From: Nemertoderma westbladi
Taxonomy: Eukaryota > Animalia > Xenacoelomorpha
DNA length: 64,000 nucleotides
Assembly: GCA_032718475.1 (NCBI GenBank)
Contig: JAUCBJ010000688.1
Location: forward strand, 50,572-114,571
Direction of reading: 5' to 3'
Numbering within the stretch: position 1 is the first letter of the stretch; each line of letters begins with the position of its first letter. The translations under genes were made by a program, and so were the position numbers. The notes under the pieces are model-generated. The model was given only the letters and a program-made list of their open reading frames with translations, made no database searches and was not told where the DNA came from. Of the stretch, positions 40,667 through 50,586 are shown piece after piece.

Positions 40667-40734
40667 GCCGGAGGCGACACGAAGGCTCCTCTTTCGATAG
40701 CTGCTACCCGAGGGTTGGGGTGGGCGCTACTCCT
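40667..40734 (-). mobile_element. MetaSINE-like central domain relic
   Basis: Minus strand AGGAGTAGCGCCCACCCCAACCCTCGGGTAGCAGCTATCGAAAGAGGAGCCTTCGTGTCGCCTCC closely matches a widespread SINE central domain as I recall it (GTAGCGCCCTCCCC...TAGCTATTGAAAAGGGAGCCTTCGGGTCGCC). No tRNA head recognised. Confidence 0.6.
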
Positions 40735-41131
40735 GTCCCACACGACAATAAATACGACACACGCATTGTTAGACAATGGTTTTTAACTCATCTTTACGCT
40801 CAATTTTAGTGCTTCATTGTCTACATCTATTTTGAAATAAATAATACAGATATTAAGAGAAAATAAGATGTTATTAAAAATGAAATGATTCAAAATATAT
40901 AACAAATCGTATTGTTATTGTTGTTATTGTTATTGTTATTGTTTTGTGAATATTTTTTCGGTTAATTATTGGATTGATCGGGCCATTGTTTGCTTTCCCT
41001 TATTCACGACCTCTGTCACTACAACCAACAGTAACAGTTCCATTAACAGATTGCGCCCTGGAACCCATATCTATCAGCAGGGTGACTGGTTGAAGCCCAC
41101 CCCTCCACGCGCCGCAGTTGCAGCACAACAA

Positions 41132-41147
41132 CGCCCCCTGCTGGTGG
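41132..41147 (-). promoter_or_regulatory. CTCF consensus-like site
   Basis: Minus strand CCACCAGCAGGGGGCG matches the CTCF core. Binding is not shown by sequence alone. Confidence 0.45.
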
Positions 41148-41515
41148 CGAGCTCTTGTGATTCCCATTGTTATCAGTTGGGGGTTCCCGTTTTTACATTT
41201 CACTCAGCACTACACGGCTTGTCTAAACTAATTCCCGTATACTAGAGGCAAAGTTAATCTGTGGAATGTATGTTGTAAATTGAGCGATATAATCAAACTT
41301 ACTGTTACCAGTAAGATTCATTTTAACATTAGCTATTCCTTGTGTTGTGTTTTGGAAAAGATAATGTTAATCTGTAAATCAGTAGAGCAAAACATTTTGC
41401 AATAACTGAAACCAGTTCATATCAGATGGAAACCTACAGTACAATAACCTGAACATAATGAAACAGTTGTCATTTGGGTAAAGGAAAAATTAAAAAATAA
41501 CTTATTATATCTTAC

Positions 41516-41637
41516 ATCGTATGATCCTGGGCCAGGGAATACATCTTTCCTATCAGCGAATCGTTTTTCCTTCGTTTTCAAGACTCCCAACTTGACGTGG
41601 CTCTCTGGTTTAAAAGGTTTATCGTAGCTTCCGGGAC
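41516..41637 (-). CDS. STPG2: Penultimate exon of STPG2-like gene (two SHIPPO PGPGxY repeats)
   Basis: Acceptor ttttacgttttag|GT and donor GAT|gtaaga. 122 nt, phase 1 to 0, reading (G)PGSYDKPFKPESHVKLGVLKTKEKRFADRKDVFPGPGSYD. GPGxY ... RF ... PGPGxY is the SHIPPO repeat pattern. Confidence 0.85.
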
Positions 41638-42280
41638 CTAAAACGTAAAAAAAGGCCTCAAGGCTAAATTCCTAGAAGATAAATTCCGCAGTGATCCATG
41701 CAGGAATGAATTCAAACACCTGTCTCAGGAATAACTCCCAGGAAATAAATATAAATGGAAAATGAAATGATGGATGACTATACTAATCGAGTAGCTAGTA
41801 AGTAAGCATAAAAGGGTGCGGGTCACACCTGCTTGCCTGTTGCTCCCCCTGTACTACAGTTTACGGTGGTGGTGGTGACACCCACAGGTGAAATGTACCG
41901 GCTTTTTATATCAATAAGGATATCTGGATAATTAATCTCATCATATATACTGGAAATTTGGATGAGAGCTAGGTAGCACTACTGGAAGACATGTACAATA
42001 CACAGGTACATACACATCACTAAATGATGTACAAACTACATCACTAAAGATCTTAGTGTATCAGCTATTATTCATTTGCATCGAAAGATGGATTTATATA
42101 TAATTAGATAGATGATTGACGCAATCAAAATTCATCCCTCTCTAGGGAAAAGCGACGCAAATATCAGCTGATTACTCTCAAAAATAAAACTATAACCTGT
42201 TCTATTGACTTTAAGTTTATTGTTTATATTATATATACACCATGTCCCGTAATATAGTGTCATTTTCTGATGACCCTGAT

Positions 42281-43042
42281 ATTTCTACAGATCTTTATCA
42301 TAATGCTTGAAATTTGAAACATAACTAGTTCAACTCACCGTCGATGACCCCCCATGAAGCCGGAATTTTCGATTTTGCCTTTAAATTTTGTTATAAGCGT
42401 TTTAAAAAGGTGTCTTTTGCGAAATCGCACCCTTCACATTTCGTTGAGAAACAACTGAGATATAGGTGTTCAAAGATTGCAAGAAGTATTGTTCGCTGCA
42501 GGCCATATTTATTCTACTGTATCTAATAAATACACAAAATTCTAGAATGTGTTATTTATTTTATGAGTTGGTTGGCAACAGCGGTATTCCTATCCAATAT
42601 ATCTATTGCGTAGCTATTCATACATAAACAAAATGTTCCAGAACATCGTTTATTTATTAAATAGAATAAATGGCCTGCAGCGAAGGATAATTATTGCAAT
42701 CTTTGAACGCCTATTTCTCAGCTGTTTCTCAACGAAATTCAGATATTGCTACATATTTGGAATCCTTGTAACGCAAGCTTTCTATTGATGTGAAAATTAC
42801 GAAATAATAATAATTGTAATAAATAATAATTAATAAAATAATAATAATCACGAAAATTACGAATAATGTGAAGAATGGCCTACGATACAGAAGGTGCGAT
42901 TTCGCAAAAGACACTTTTTTAAAACGCTTATAAAAAGAATTTAAAGGCGAAATCGAAAATTCCGGCTTCATGGTAACAACCACGGTGAGTTGAACTAATT
43001 GTGTTTAAAATTTCAAGCAATATGATAAAGATTTGTAGAAAA
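42281..43042. mobile_element. Foldback element with ~235-bp imperfect inverted arms
   Basis: 42281-42516 is the reverse complement of 42662-43042 apart from a ~150-bp extra block in the right arm. The mirrored pseudo-ORFs both read YKRFKKVSFAKSH. Confidence 0.88.
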
Positions 43043-43530
43043 ATTTGGGGCGGGATCAATTCGCATGGCACAACCATGTTGCATTTGCTTCCTCTCCCAT
43101 GCCAAGCTGTATGTGGATCCGGGCCGGACTAACACCTGTATAATTAATTAATAATATAAATCATATTGCCAATTATTTCCTTGCAGGAGTTGTAAGTCGA
43201 TGTTTAAGAGAACAGTTGCATTATCATTAACTGATGATGTTTTACGATGTCTGTCTGTCTAGCGCAAATATAACTTACATACAGGTGTTTTTTTATATAC
43301 TGTTAGTAGTTAGTGTACTTGCTATGTAAACATGATTATGCCTACCTGTTTCGGTGTATAATATGGCTTACAAGATTCGCAAGCTTGGGGTTTGTGGTCT
43401 TTGACTAAAATAACAATAATGATCGATTTTAACACAAAGATGAACATTTTGATCGCCATGCGTTGCAGGTACAACAGTCCCTCTTGAAGAAAACATTAGG
43501 CTGGGGTTGTTCTTGAGCTACAGTAGAAGT

Positions 43531-43850
43531 GGCTACTGACCGGACCCTCTAAATACCTTATTGAAACTTTATATTTGATTTATATTTTACTTGTGTAGTT
43601 TTGACCGGACCCTTATTACCACAATTAATTAACATACACCCTACATAATCTTGTAACATGTGTTACTTTAGTTTATTGTTTTGGTTCCCCCAACACGCCT
43701 ATGTAACCTGCTCCTTTGCTAACCTGCTCCTTTGAATGCAATGGGTCCGGTCAATGAGTCCGGGCAACGGGTCCGGTCAATGGGTCCGGGCAACGGGTCC
43801 GGTCAATGGGTCCGGGCAACGGGTGTGTTCAATGGATCCGGTCAGTAGCC
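43531..43850. mobile_element. MITE with GGCTACTGACCGGA termini and internal CAAYGGGTCCGG repeats
   Basis: GGCTACTGACCGGACCC at 43531 and GGATCCGGTCAGTAGCC ending at 43850. Short tandem repeats at 43739-43830. Confidence 0.8.
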
Positions 43851-44514
43851 TTTGCGCTTTGCCCCTTAAGCTAGGTCTAGTGGGGATGGTTAGGGTGCCA
43901 AGGGCAGTGCGTATTGTTGGGGCGCCGCACGAGTAGTCAAAGTAGTCGCTCCCGGACGCCTGGTTCAGGGGGCGCAAAATTGAAGGGAGAAGATAGAAAA
44001 CATATAAACTGGAGAAATTTAGAAATTCTACCTCATTTACTAAATGTATATCCAATTTTTACTTTTGTATGCAACAACTTTCAAGCGTTCCAAATCGGCC
44101 TAGCCCCCGGACGCAAAAACCTAGCTCCACCCCTTCGGGCAGTCTTATTTTATCAGGACGAATGTTCTTTAGTTAACCTTCATGTGTTCGCTTAATTTGA
44201 TTTTTAATTTTTATTGGGCAAGTAGGCCTAAGTAACTGCACCCCCACTGACTGACTATACCATGGAAGTGAAAGGAATGAAATAACTTTATAATGCCATC
44301 TACTGGAATACATTGATGTACTATAAATTGGAAATCAATTCGTAAATATCCCGATGGATGGCGTTGTTCGTCGTTTCAAAAGATGCCATTTTGATGTCAG
44401 TTTCTGTACCAGAAACACTGTCGGCATGTTAGCCCGTCAGAAGTTAGCTTACAAAAAAAGTTAGCTAGTAAACAAAATAGTTAGAAAGATGAATGAATGA
44501 TTCTCTTTAATTGC

Positions 44515-44700
44515 CTTATTTACTCTCGATATTTTTAAACTCTTTAAACTTCTTAATATTTTTACTCTCGATATTTTTACTCTCGATATTTTTAAACTCT
44601 TTAAACTTCTTAATATTTTTACTCTCGATATTTTTACTCGTTATATTTCTACTGTAGATATTTTTACTCGCGATATTTTTTATGTCTCGATATTTTTCAA
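44515..44700. repeat. Degenerate TTTACTCTCGATATT repeat cluster, likely transposon subterminal repeats
   Basis: About 8 copies of a ~15-bp unit plus a duplicated longer block. Confidence 0.8.
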
Positions 44701-45715
44701 TATAACAGGCCTACCAGTAAACGATATTTTTTGTAGTAGGCTTAGCTAGTTTTTGCTACTTTTTTTAAATGTTCTATATCATATTAGTTTTTTATGTTCT
44801 AGAACAATTATTTTTTGTTCTAACACATTTTAAATCTTAAGGCATATTTGTTTAAGTCATATATTATTTAATTATCTATGAAAGATATGGAAAGGCACAA
44901 AGAAGAAGCTTCTTCACAAAGAAACATCATTTATGGTCTTGATTGAACTAATAAAATCCTATTATACAGTAGTTAGATATAATTATTAATGATAATATTT
45001 TTCGAACTGTAACCAAGCAACAATAAAATACTTTTTTGGAATAAATTTATCTAGCTAGAAAATTTCCATTGACTGCTAGTTTTTTTTTGCCTTTTTTCAA
45101 TCAGAAAATATTTTTACAATAATAAACTTTCTTTTAGGTCCATGTGAATTCGTTGTAGTAGTGAATTTAAATAATTTTGAGCCAATACTATAGAAACCAC
45201 ACCATTATAGTATTCTAGAATATACTTCAAACTATATATCTTCAACATACAAGATGCATACGACACGCAAGACAACTCAGAGACCAAAATCCAAAAATGG
45301 GTACATACCGAGGGCATTACTTCACCTTGGGTCAACGAACTTTATTATAGTGTTAAATGTGTTTTTATGAAATTATTTCATGTGTTATTGTTCCCTAAAA
45401 GACTAAAGTACGTTTTTAAACAAAAATTGTTGTTCTAGAAGACTTAGCTATTAATAGCCAATTTCAACAAATAACGTTTAAATTCAGCCAAAGTTTTATA
45501 CTTTTATTATTGATTTACAACAAAATTGCAATGAATTAGAATGGTTACATGTTATCGGAATTAAATTTTAATCTTCTAGAATATGTAATAGCTAGTTTGA
45601 TTGGTTTGAGTTAATTGGAAAATGCTGTTTAATTAGGTCAATTAAGTCAATATAAGTCTTCGTGAAGCATCATCCTCCACCGAAATTCGCCAAGATGGTT
45701 CTGGAGTAACTTTTA

Positions 45716-47931
45716 GGCCCCCCTCACACGGAGCAACTTGTTTCTGCAACTTGTTTCTGAAACAAGTGGCTGGACCCCCCTCACACACAGAAACTTGTTG
45801 CTGCAACTTATTTCCGAAACTTGTTTCTGTGTGTGTGTGAGGAGTCCAGCAACAAGTTGCTGCGACTTATTTCCGAAACTTGTTTCTGTGTGTGTGTGAG
45901 GAGTCCAGCAACAAGTTGCTGCAACTTGTTTCTGAAACTTGTTTGTGTGTGTGTGTGAGGAGTCCAGCAACAAGTTGCTGCAACTTGTTTCTGAAACTTG
46001 TTTCTGTGTGTGAGGAGTCCAGCAACAAGTTGCTGCAACTTGTTTCTGAAACTTGTTTGTGTGTGTGTGTGAGGAGTCCAGCAACAAGTTGCTGCAACTT
46101 GTTTCTGAAACTTGTTTCTGTGTGTGAGGAGTCCAGCAACAAGTTGCTGCAACTTGTTTCTGAAACTTGTTTGTGTGTGTGTGTGAGGAGTCCAGCAACA
46201 AGTTGCTTCAACTTGTTTCCGAAACTTATTTCTGTGTGTGAGGAGTCCAGCAACAAGTTGCTGGACATTTTTAAAAAGTTCTATCCCCAGCAACTTTTTT
46301 AAAACTTTTATTACATTTTGATACTAGCTAATATGCGATAATTTGTGTGATTTGATATTATATATAAAGGACTGGACTTGTTAGCTATCTATTTAGAAAT
46401 AATTACATATGTCCCTATTATTGTAATCGTATGTGGGAATAAATACATCTGCTGTTAAGGAAACTGCTTTCTAGAAATCCTCACGCACTATTATAGCTCT
46501 GTAGGCCTAATATTATGTATATTATTACGTATTAGAAAGACGTACTTGAACTAAAAGGCCATTCAGCCGTACGTTACAGGGTTGTTATCAATTATCGGTA
46601 GGGAGGACAGTAATAGATGAATAGCAGAATAGACATAGACCTGTAGTTGATACGGAGTGTTTGTTCAAAATACAGTATATAATGCATAAATTGTACAGGG
46701 GAATCAAAATTTATGCCAGTTATGAAATACAGAGAGTCTCTCTGTATTTCATAGCTGGCATAAATTTTGAGAGATGTTGGCAATTTTATTAGATTTTTAC
46801 AATCACATGAAATTTTGACTGTGTTAACTAAGTAATGTTTGCCCTCAGGATAGCTAGTAAATTACGGATGCACACCTATTGTTTAGAACGCTTTGGATAA
46901 AATCCGATAATATGTGATAAAAAACCGTTCTGGAAAATAATTTCACTAATGCAACTCTAGATATTTAACATAAAATTGTCTTGATAACACAGGAATATTG
47001 CTAGGTTTATTGTTAGCTACAGCATTATTTGAAAATAATCGTTATTTTCGTCAGCAATACGTTTCTGTGTGTGAGGGGGGTCCAGCAACAAGTTGCAGAA
47101 ACAAGTTTCAGTAACAAGTTGCAGAAACAAGTTTCTGTGTGTGAGGGGGGTCCAGCAACAAGTTGCAGAAACAAGTTTCAGAAACAAGTTGCAGAAACAA
47201 GTTTCTGTGTGTGAGGGGGTCCAGCAACAAGTTGCAGAAACAAGTTTCAGAAACAAGTTGCAGAAACAAGTTTCTGTGTGTGAGGGGGTCCAGCAACAAG
47301 TTGCAGAAACAAGTTTCAGAAACAAGTTTCAGAAACAAGTTGCAGAAACAAGTTTCTGTGTGTGAGGGGGGTACAGCAACAAGTTGCAGAAACAAGTTTC
47401 AGAAACAAGTTGCAGAAACAAGTTTCTGTGTGTGAGGGGGGTCCAGCAACAAGTTGCAGAAACAAGTTGCAGAAACAAGTTTCTGTGTGTGAGGGGGGTA
47501 CAGCAACAAGTTGCAGAAACAAGTTTCAGAAACAAGTTGCAGAAACAAGTTTCTGTGTGTGAGGGGGGTCAAGCAACAAGTTGCAGAAACAAGTTTCAGA
47601 AACAAGTTGCAGAAACAAGTTTCTGTGTGTGAGGGGGTCCAGCAACAAGTCGCAGAAACAAGTTTCAGAAACAAGTTGCAGAAACAAGTTTCTGTGTGTG
47701 AGGGGGTCCAGCAACAAGTTGCAGAAACAAGTTTCAGAAACAAGTTGCAGAAACAAGTTGCAGAAACAAGTTTCTGTGTGTGAGGGGGGTCCAGCAACAA
47801 GTTGCAGAAACAAGTTTCAGAAACAAGTTGCAGAAACAAGTTTCTGTGTGTGAGGGGGGTCCAGCAACAAGTTGCAGAAACAAGTTTCAGAAACAAGTTG
47901 CAGAAACAAGTTGCTCCGTGTGAGGAGGGCC
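45716..47931. mobile_element. Non-autonomous PIF/Harbinger-like element with minisatellite-expanded ends
   Basis: TIR GGCCC(C/T)CCTCACACGGAGCAACTTGTTTCTGCAACTTGTTTCTGAAAC at both ends and TTA TSD (45713-45715, 47932-47934). Arrays at 45730-46265 and 47055-47915; non-coding middle. Confidence 0.85.
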
Positions 47932-47987
47932 TTAGTGTAGTTCCCTCCATTGTTTCATAATCTTTAGCTTATCATCGTGGCTCCACA

Positions 47988-48668
47988 GGCACTAGGCCTA
48001 CTACAGTATGTGTACCCATGACCGTGATTTTTTTGTAGTAGCTAGTTTTTGCTACTTTATTGTTTTTTTAATGTTCTATGTCATATTAGCTATAGTTTTG
48101 CAAAAAAAATGTTCTAGAACAAATCTTTTTTGTTCTAGAACATTTTTTTTTAAATGTATAATTCCTAATAATACACCTTAAAATGTTAATCTGTTGCCTT
48201 TAAATACTTCAAAATATTATTCTAGAATGTTTTTTAATGTTTACAGTAGTTAGTTCACTTTAACTGTTTTCATTAAATAAAATGCCACGTCACGAAATCA
48301 AAATCCAAATATCAAACAAGATCCAAATATTATTGAGATTTCCAAAGAATAGTTATAAAAGAAAAGTATATAATTTTGAAAAAACATTTTTTTTAATAAT
48401 AGCTTAAACTTGGAAAATCACTAGCTAGCCTGATAATATGTATTTTTTAATCTTTATAGATAAATAAACAATTTATTACACATAATAATAAATTTTTAAT
48501 AAATTTTTTTTATATAAAAATGTTCTAGAACAAAAAATATTTGTTCTAGAACATAATTTTTTTACCTACCAATAGCTAACATGTAATAGAATAGTTCTAA
48601 ACAAAAGTAGCAAAAACTAGCTATAGTAAAAAAAATATGGTCATGGGTACACATACTATAGTAGTGCC
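47988..48668. mobile_element. Mutator-type MITE rich in GTTCTAGAAC palindromes
   Basis: Inverted arms ~150 bp (GGCACT..ACTACAGTATGTGTACCCATGACC / GGTCATGGGTACACATACTATAGTAGTGCC) and perfect 9-bp TSD GGCTCCACA (47979-47987, 48669-48677). Related fragments at ~44720-44830, ~48690-48740 and ~50590-50936. Confidence 0.9.
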
Positions 48669-48990
48669 GGCTCCACAACTCCTAAAAAGTACTAGCTAAC
48701 ACAAAATCACCATACAATGTGCGTACTGTAGTAGTACCGGTACAGTAAACATTTTTGTCAAAATGTTCTAAATATACCGGTACTAAAATTATTATTAACT
48801 AACATTAGAAACATTGAAAAATAGTCAATTTTAGCTAATTTGTCTCAATGTTCTAGAACATAAATACCATAGCTACTGTATTTTAAAAACAACGTGAAAC
48901 CGATAAGTATGGCTTCCATGTAAATATAACGAGATGATAGTGAAAAAATATTTTTAACTCTATAAAACAGTTCGTTGAAAATGGTGACCA

Positions 48991-49121
48991 ATGGAACTCT
49001 GAGACCAAAAATGGGAGGACATATGGAACTCTGAGACCAAAAATGGGAGGACATATGGAACTCTGAGACCAAAAATGGGAGGAAATATGGAACTCTGAGA
49101 CCAAAAATGTGAGGACATGGA
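48991..49121. repeat. 32-bp tandem repeat, about 4 copies
   Basis: Unit ATGGAACTCTGAGACCAAAAATGGGAGGACAT, ~150 bp beyond the actin-like stop codon. Confidence 0.92.
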
Positions 49122-49273
49122 TCTAGCCGAGTCAACGTAAAGCCGAGACTTCGCTGAGTTTCTGTGGTGATTATTACATAAAGTATATTTTTTACATTAT
49201 TTACTTCGTTTCACTATTTCATATTAACATAAGCTAATTAATTATTTGCACAACTCTTCAACGCGTTGAACGT

Positions 49274-50350
49274 CTATGGACACTTTTTATGAAGAACCGC
49301 CGGGCCCTTCTCCGTATATTCCTCCTTCAGGAGCCACATGGACTGGAACGAGGGTAAACTAGCCAGCGTCGAGGCCCCCATCCAAGCAGACTGAGCCCTA
49401 CACTCGGCGGCGTCAGGAAGAATGGAAACCACCGTGCGAGGCATCAAAGCTGTTAGCTCCTTGTACAGCCTATCGTCCAGCCCCGGAAACTGCATGTTGC
49501 CGCCGCCTAACACAATACTCCGAGAGATGGCGTCGCGAAGAGAAGAGTCACATTTCATCAGACAGTTGTGGATAATTTTAGGAAGAGGATCCATGGCGAC
49601 ACCGAGTATGGAAGGCTGAAACATCGCCTCGGGTGCCCTAATGACTTCCTTCGGTACAACCACAGACGTCCCGTCTTCCAACTTATAATTTTTAACAATC
49701 CCATCGCATTCTGCTTTCCCTGCGACTCGCAAACCGCAACACGATGCTTTCAATTTACTCGCGGTTTCCAACTTGCTATCCGGTAACACATTCCCTGATC
49801 TCAATTTACCCAGAATGTATTCGGTAATGTCTTTACCCCCCAATGGGTGCGTCACAGAAGCGTGACGTAACGCGTAACCACGGGATACAGGGACTACCGA
49901 GGTTAATCCGGCACCAGATTCCACAACCAATCCTGAAGAGCGCCCGAAACAATAAAGTGAAGTGACAGGCGCCGGCGCAGTATAAAGAGCGGGAAAATTA
50001 AAATGTTCAAACATTATTTCCGCCATTTTCTCTTTATCTTTTTTCGAGGTGTCCATATTCTCGATTACAAACACCGGTAAGGTTTCCGCAGCCACAAGTA
50101 ACTGATTTCGGAAAACGTGTTCCCATAACAACGTAATATCGTCCCAGTCCTGTACCACTCCTCGCTCAACCACACGGTTTACATTCAGTTCAGCGTCGTA
50201 CATATGCTCCCCGAAGTACGCCTCTTGCGGATTGTGCGGACTTCGACCTACGGCTGTCTCAATCCGTAATTCCGGACGAATATCACCTGACAGACCAACT
50301 TTGAGATACTGGGACCCGTTGTCAATGACTACCGCAATATCAAACGCCAT
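49274..50350 (-). CDS. Intronless divergent actin-like / actin-related protein (358 aa)
   Basis: Full actin fold in one ORF: VVIDNGS..KVG, WDD...LWEH, EKMAEIMFEHFN.PA, GLVVESGAG, GGKDIT, YKLEDG, APEAMFQPS, IVLGGGN..FPG..DRL.KEL, SAWMGAS.LASL.SFQ.MW..KEEY.E.GP, ending HKKCP. Confidence 0.93.
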   Translation of the reverse strand: MAFDIAVVIDNGSQYLKVGLSGDIRPELRIETAVGRSPHNPQEAYFGEHMYDAELNVNRVVERGVVQDWDDITLLWEHVFRNQLLVAAETLPVFVIENMDTSKKDKEKMAEIMFEHFNFPALYTAPAPVTSLYCFGRSSGLVVESGAGLTSVVPVSRGYALRHASVTHPLGGKDITEYILGKLRSGNVLPDSKLETASKLKASCCGLRVAGKAECDGIVKNYKLEDGTSVVVPKEVIRAPEAMFQPSILGVAMDPLPKIIHNCLMKCDSSLRDAISRSIVLGGGNMQFPGLDDRLYKELTALMPRTVVSILPDAAECRAQSAWMGASTLASLPSFQSMWLLKEEYTEKGPAVLHKKCP

Positions 50351-50572
50351 CCTAAATTAGTGTAAGATTACTAAACAATCAATTTAAAAGATAAAACTTT
50401 ATAACAATTAATTTATAATGGAGTGAGTGACTTAGCGAAAGGAAAAGGTGAAATTGTGACAAACGTGTCAAAATTTTTTTGTATCCCGTTAGGTATATAG
50501 ATGACAAAATCTATCCTCCAAATAAAAGGTAACATTTCGGTATAGCACAACATTTTTAAAACAAAAATCATT

Positions 50573-50586
50573 GTTACCATGGCAAT
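50573..50586. promoter_or_regulatory. RFX X-box upstream of the actin-like gene
   Basis: GTTACCATGGCAAT matches GTTRCCATGGYAAC at 13 of 14 positions, ~220 bp 5' of the ATG at 50350. Confidence 0.55.

Noticed and set aside
43346-43404. Candidate upstream STPG2-like exon with good splice sites; also candidates near 44410-44447 and 45308-45340
   Set aside because: The frame needed to join the phase-1 acceptor at 41637 contains a stop in each case, and no SHIPPO-like residues are present.
45713-47950. Many overlapping ORFs with repeated Cys/His-rich peptides
   Set aside because: They are translations of stop-poor minisatellites in several frames on both strands, inside a TIR element.
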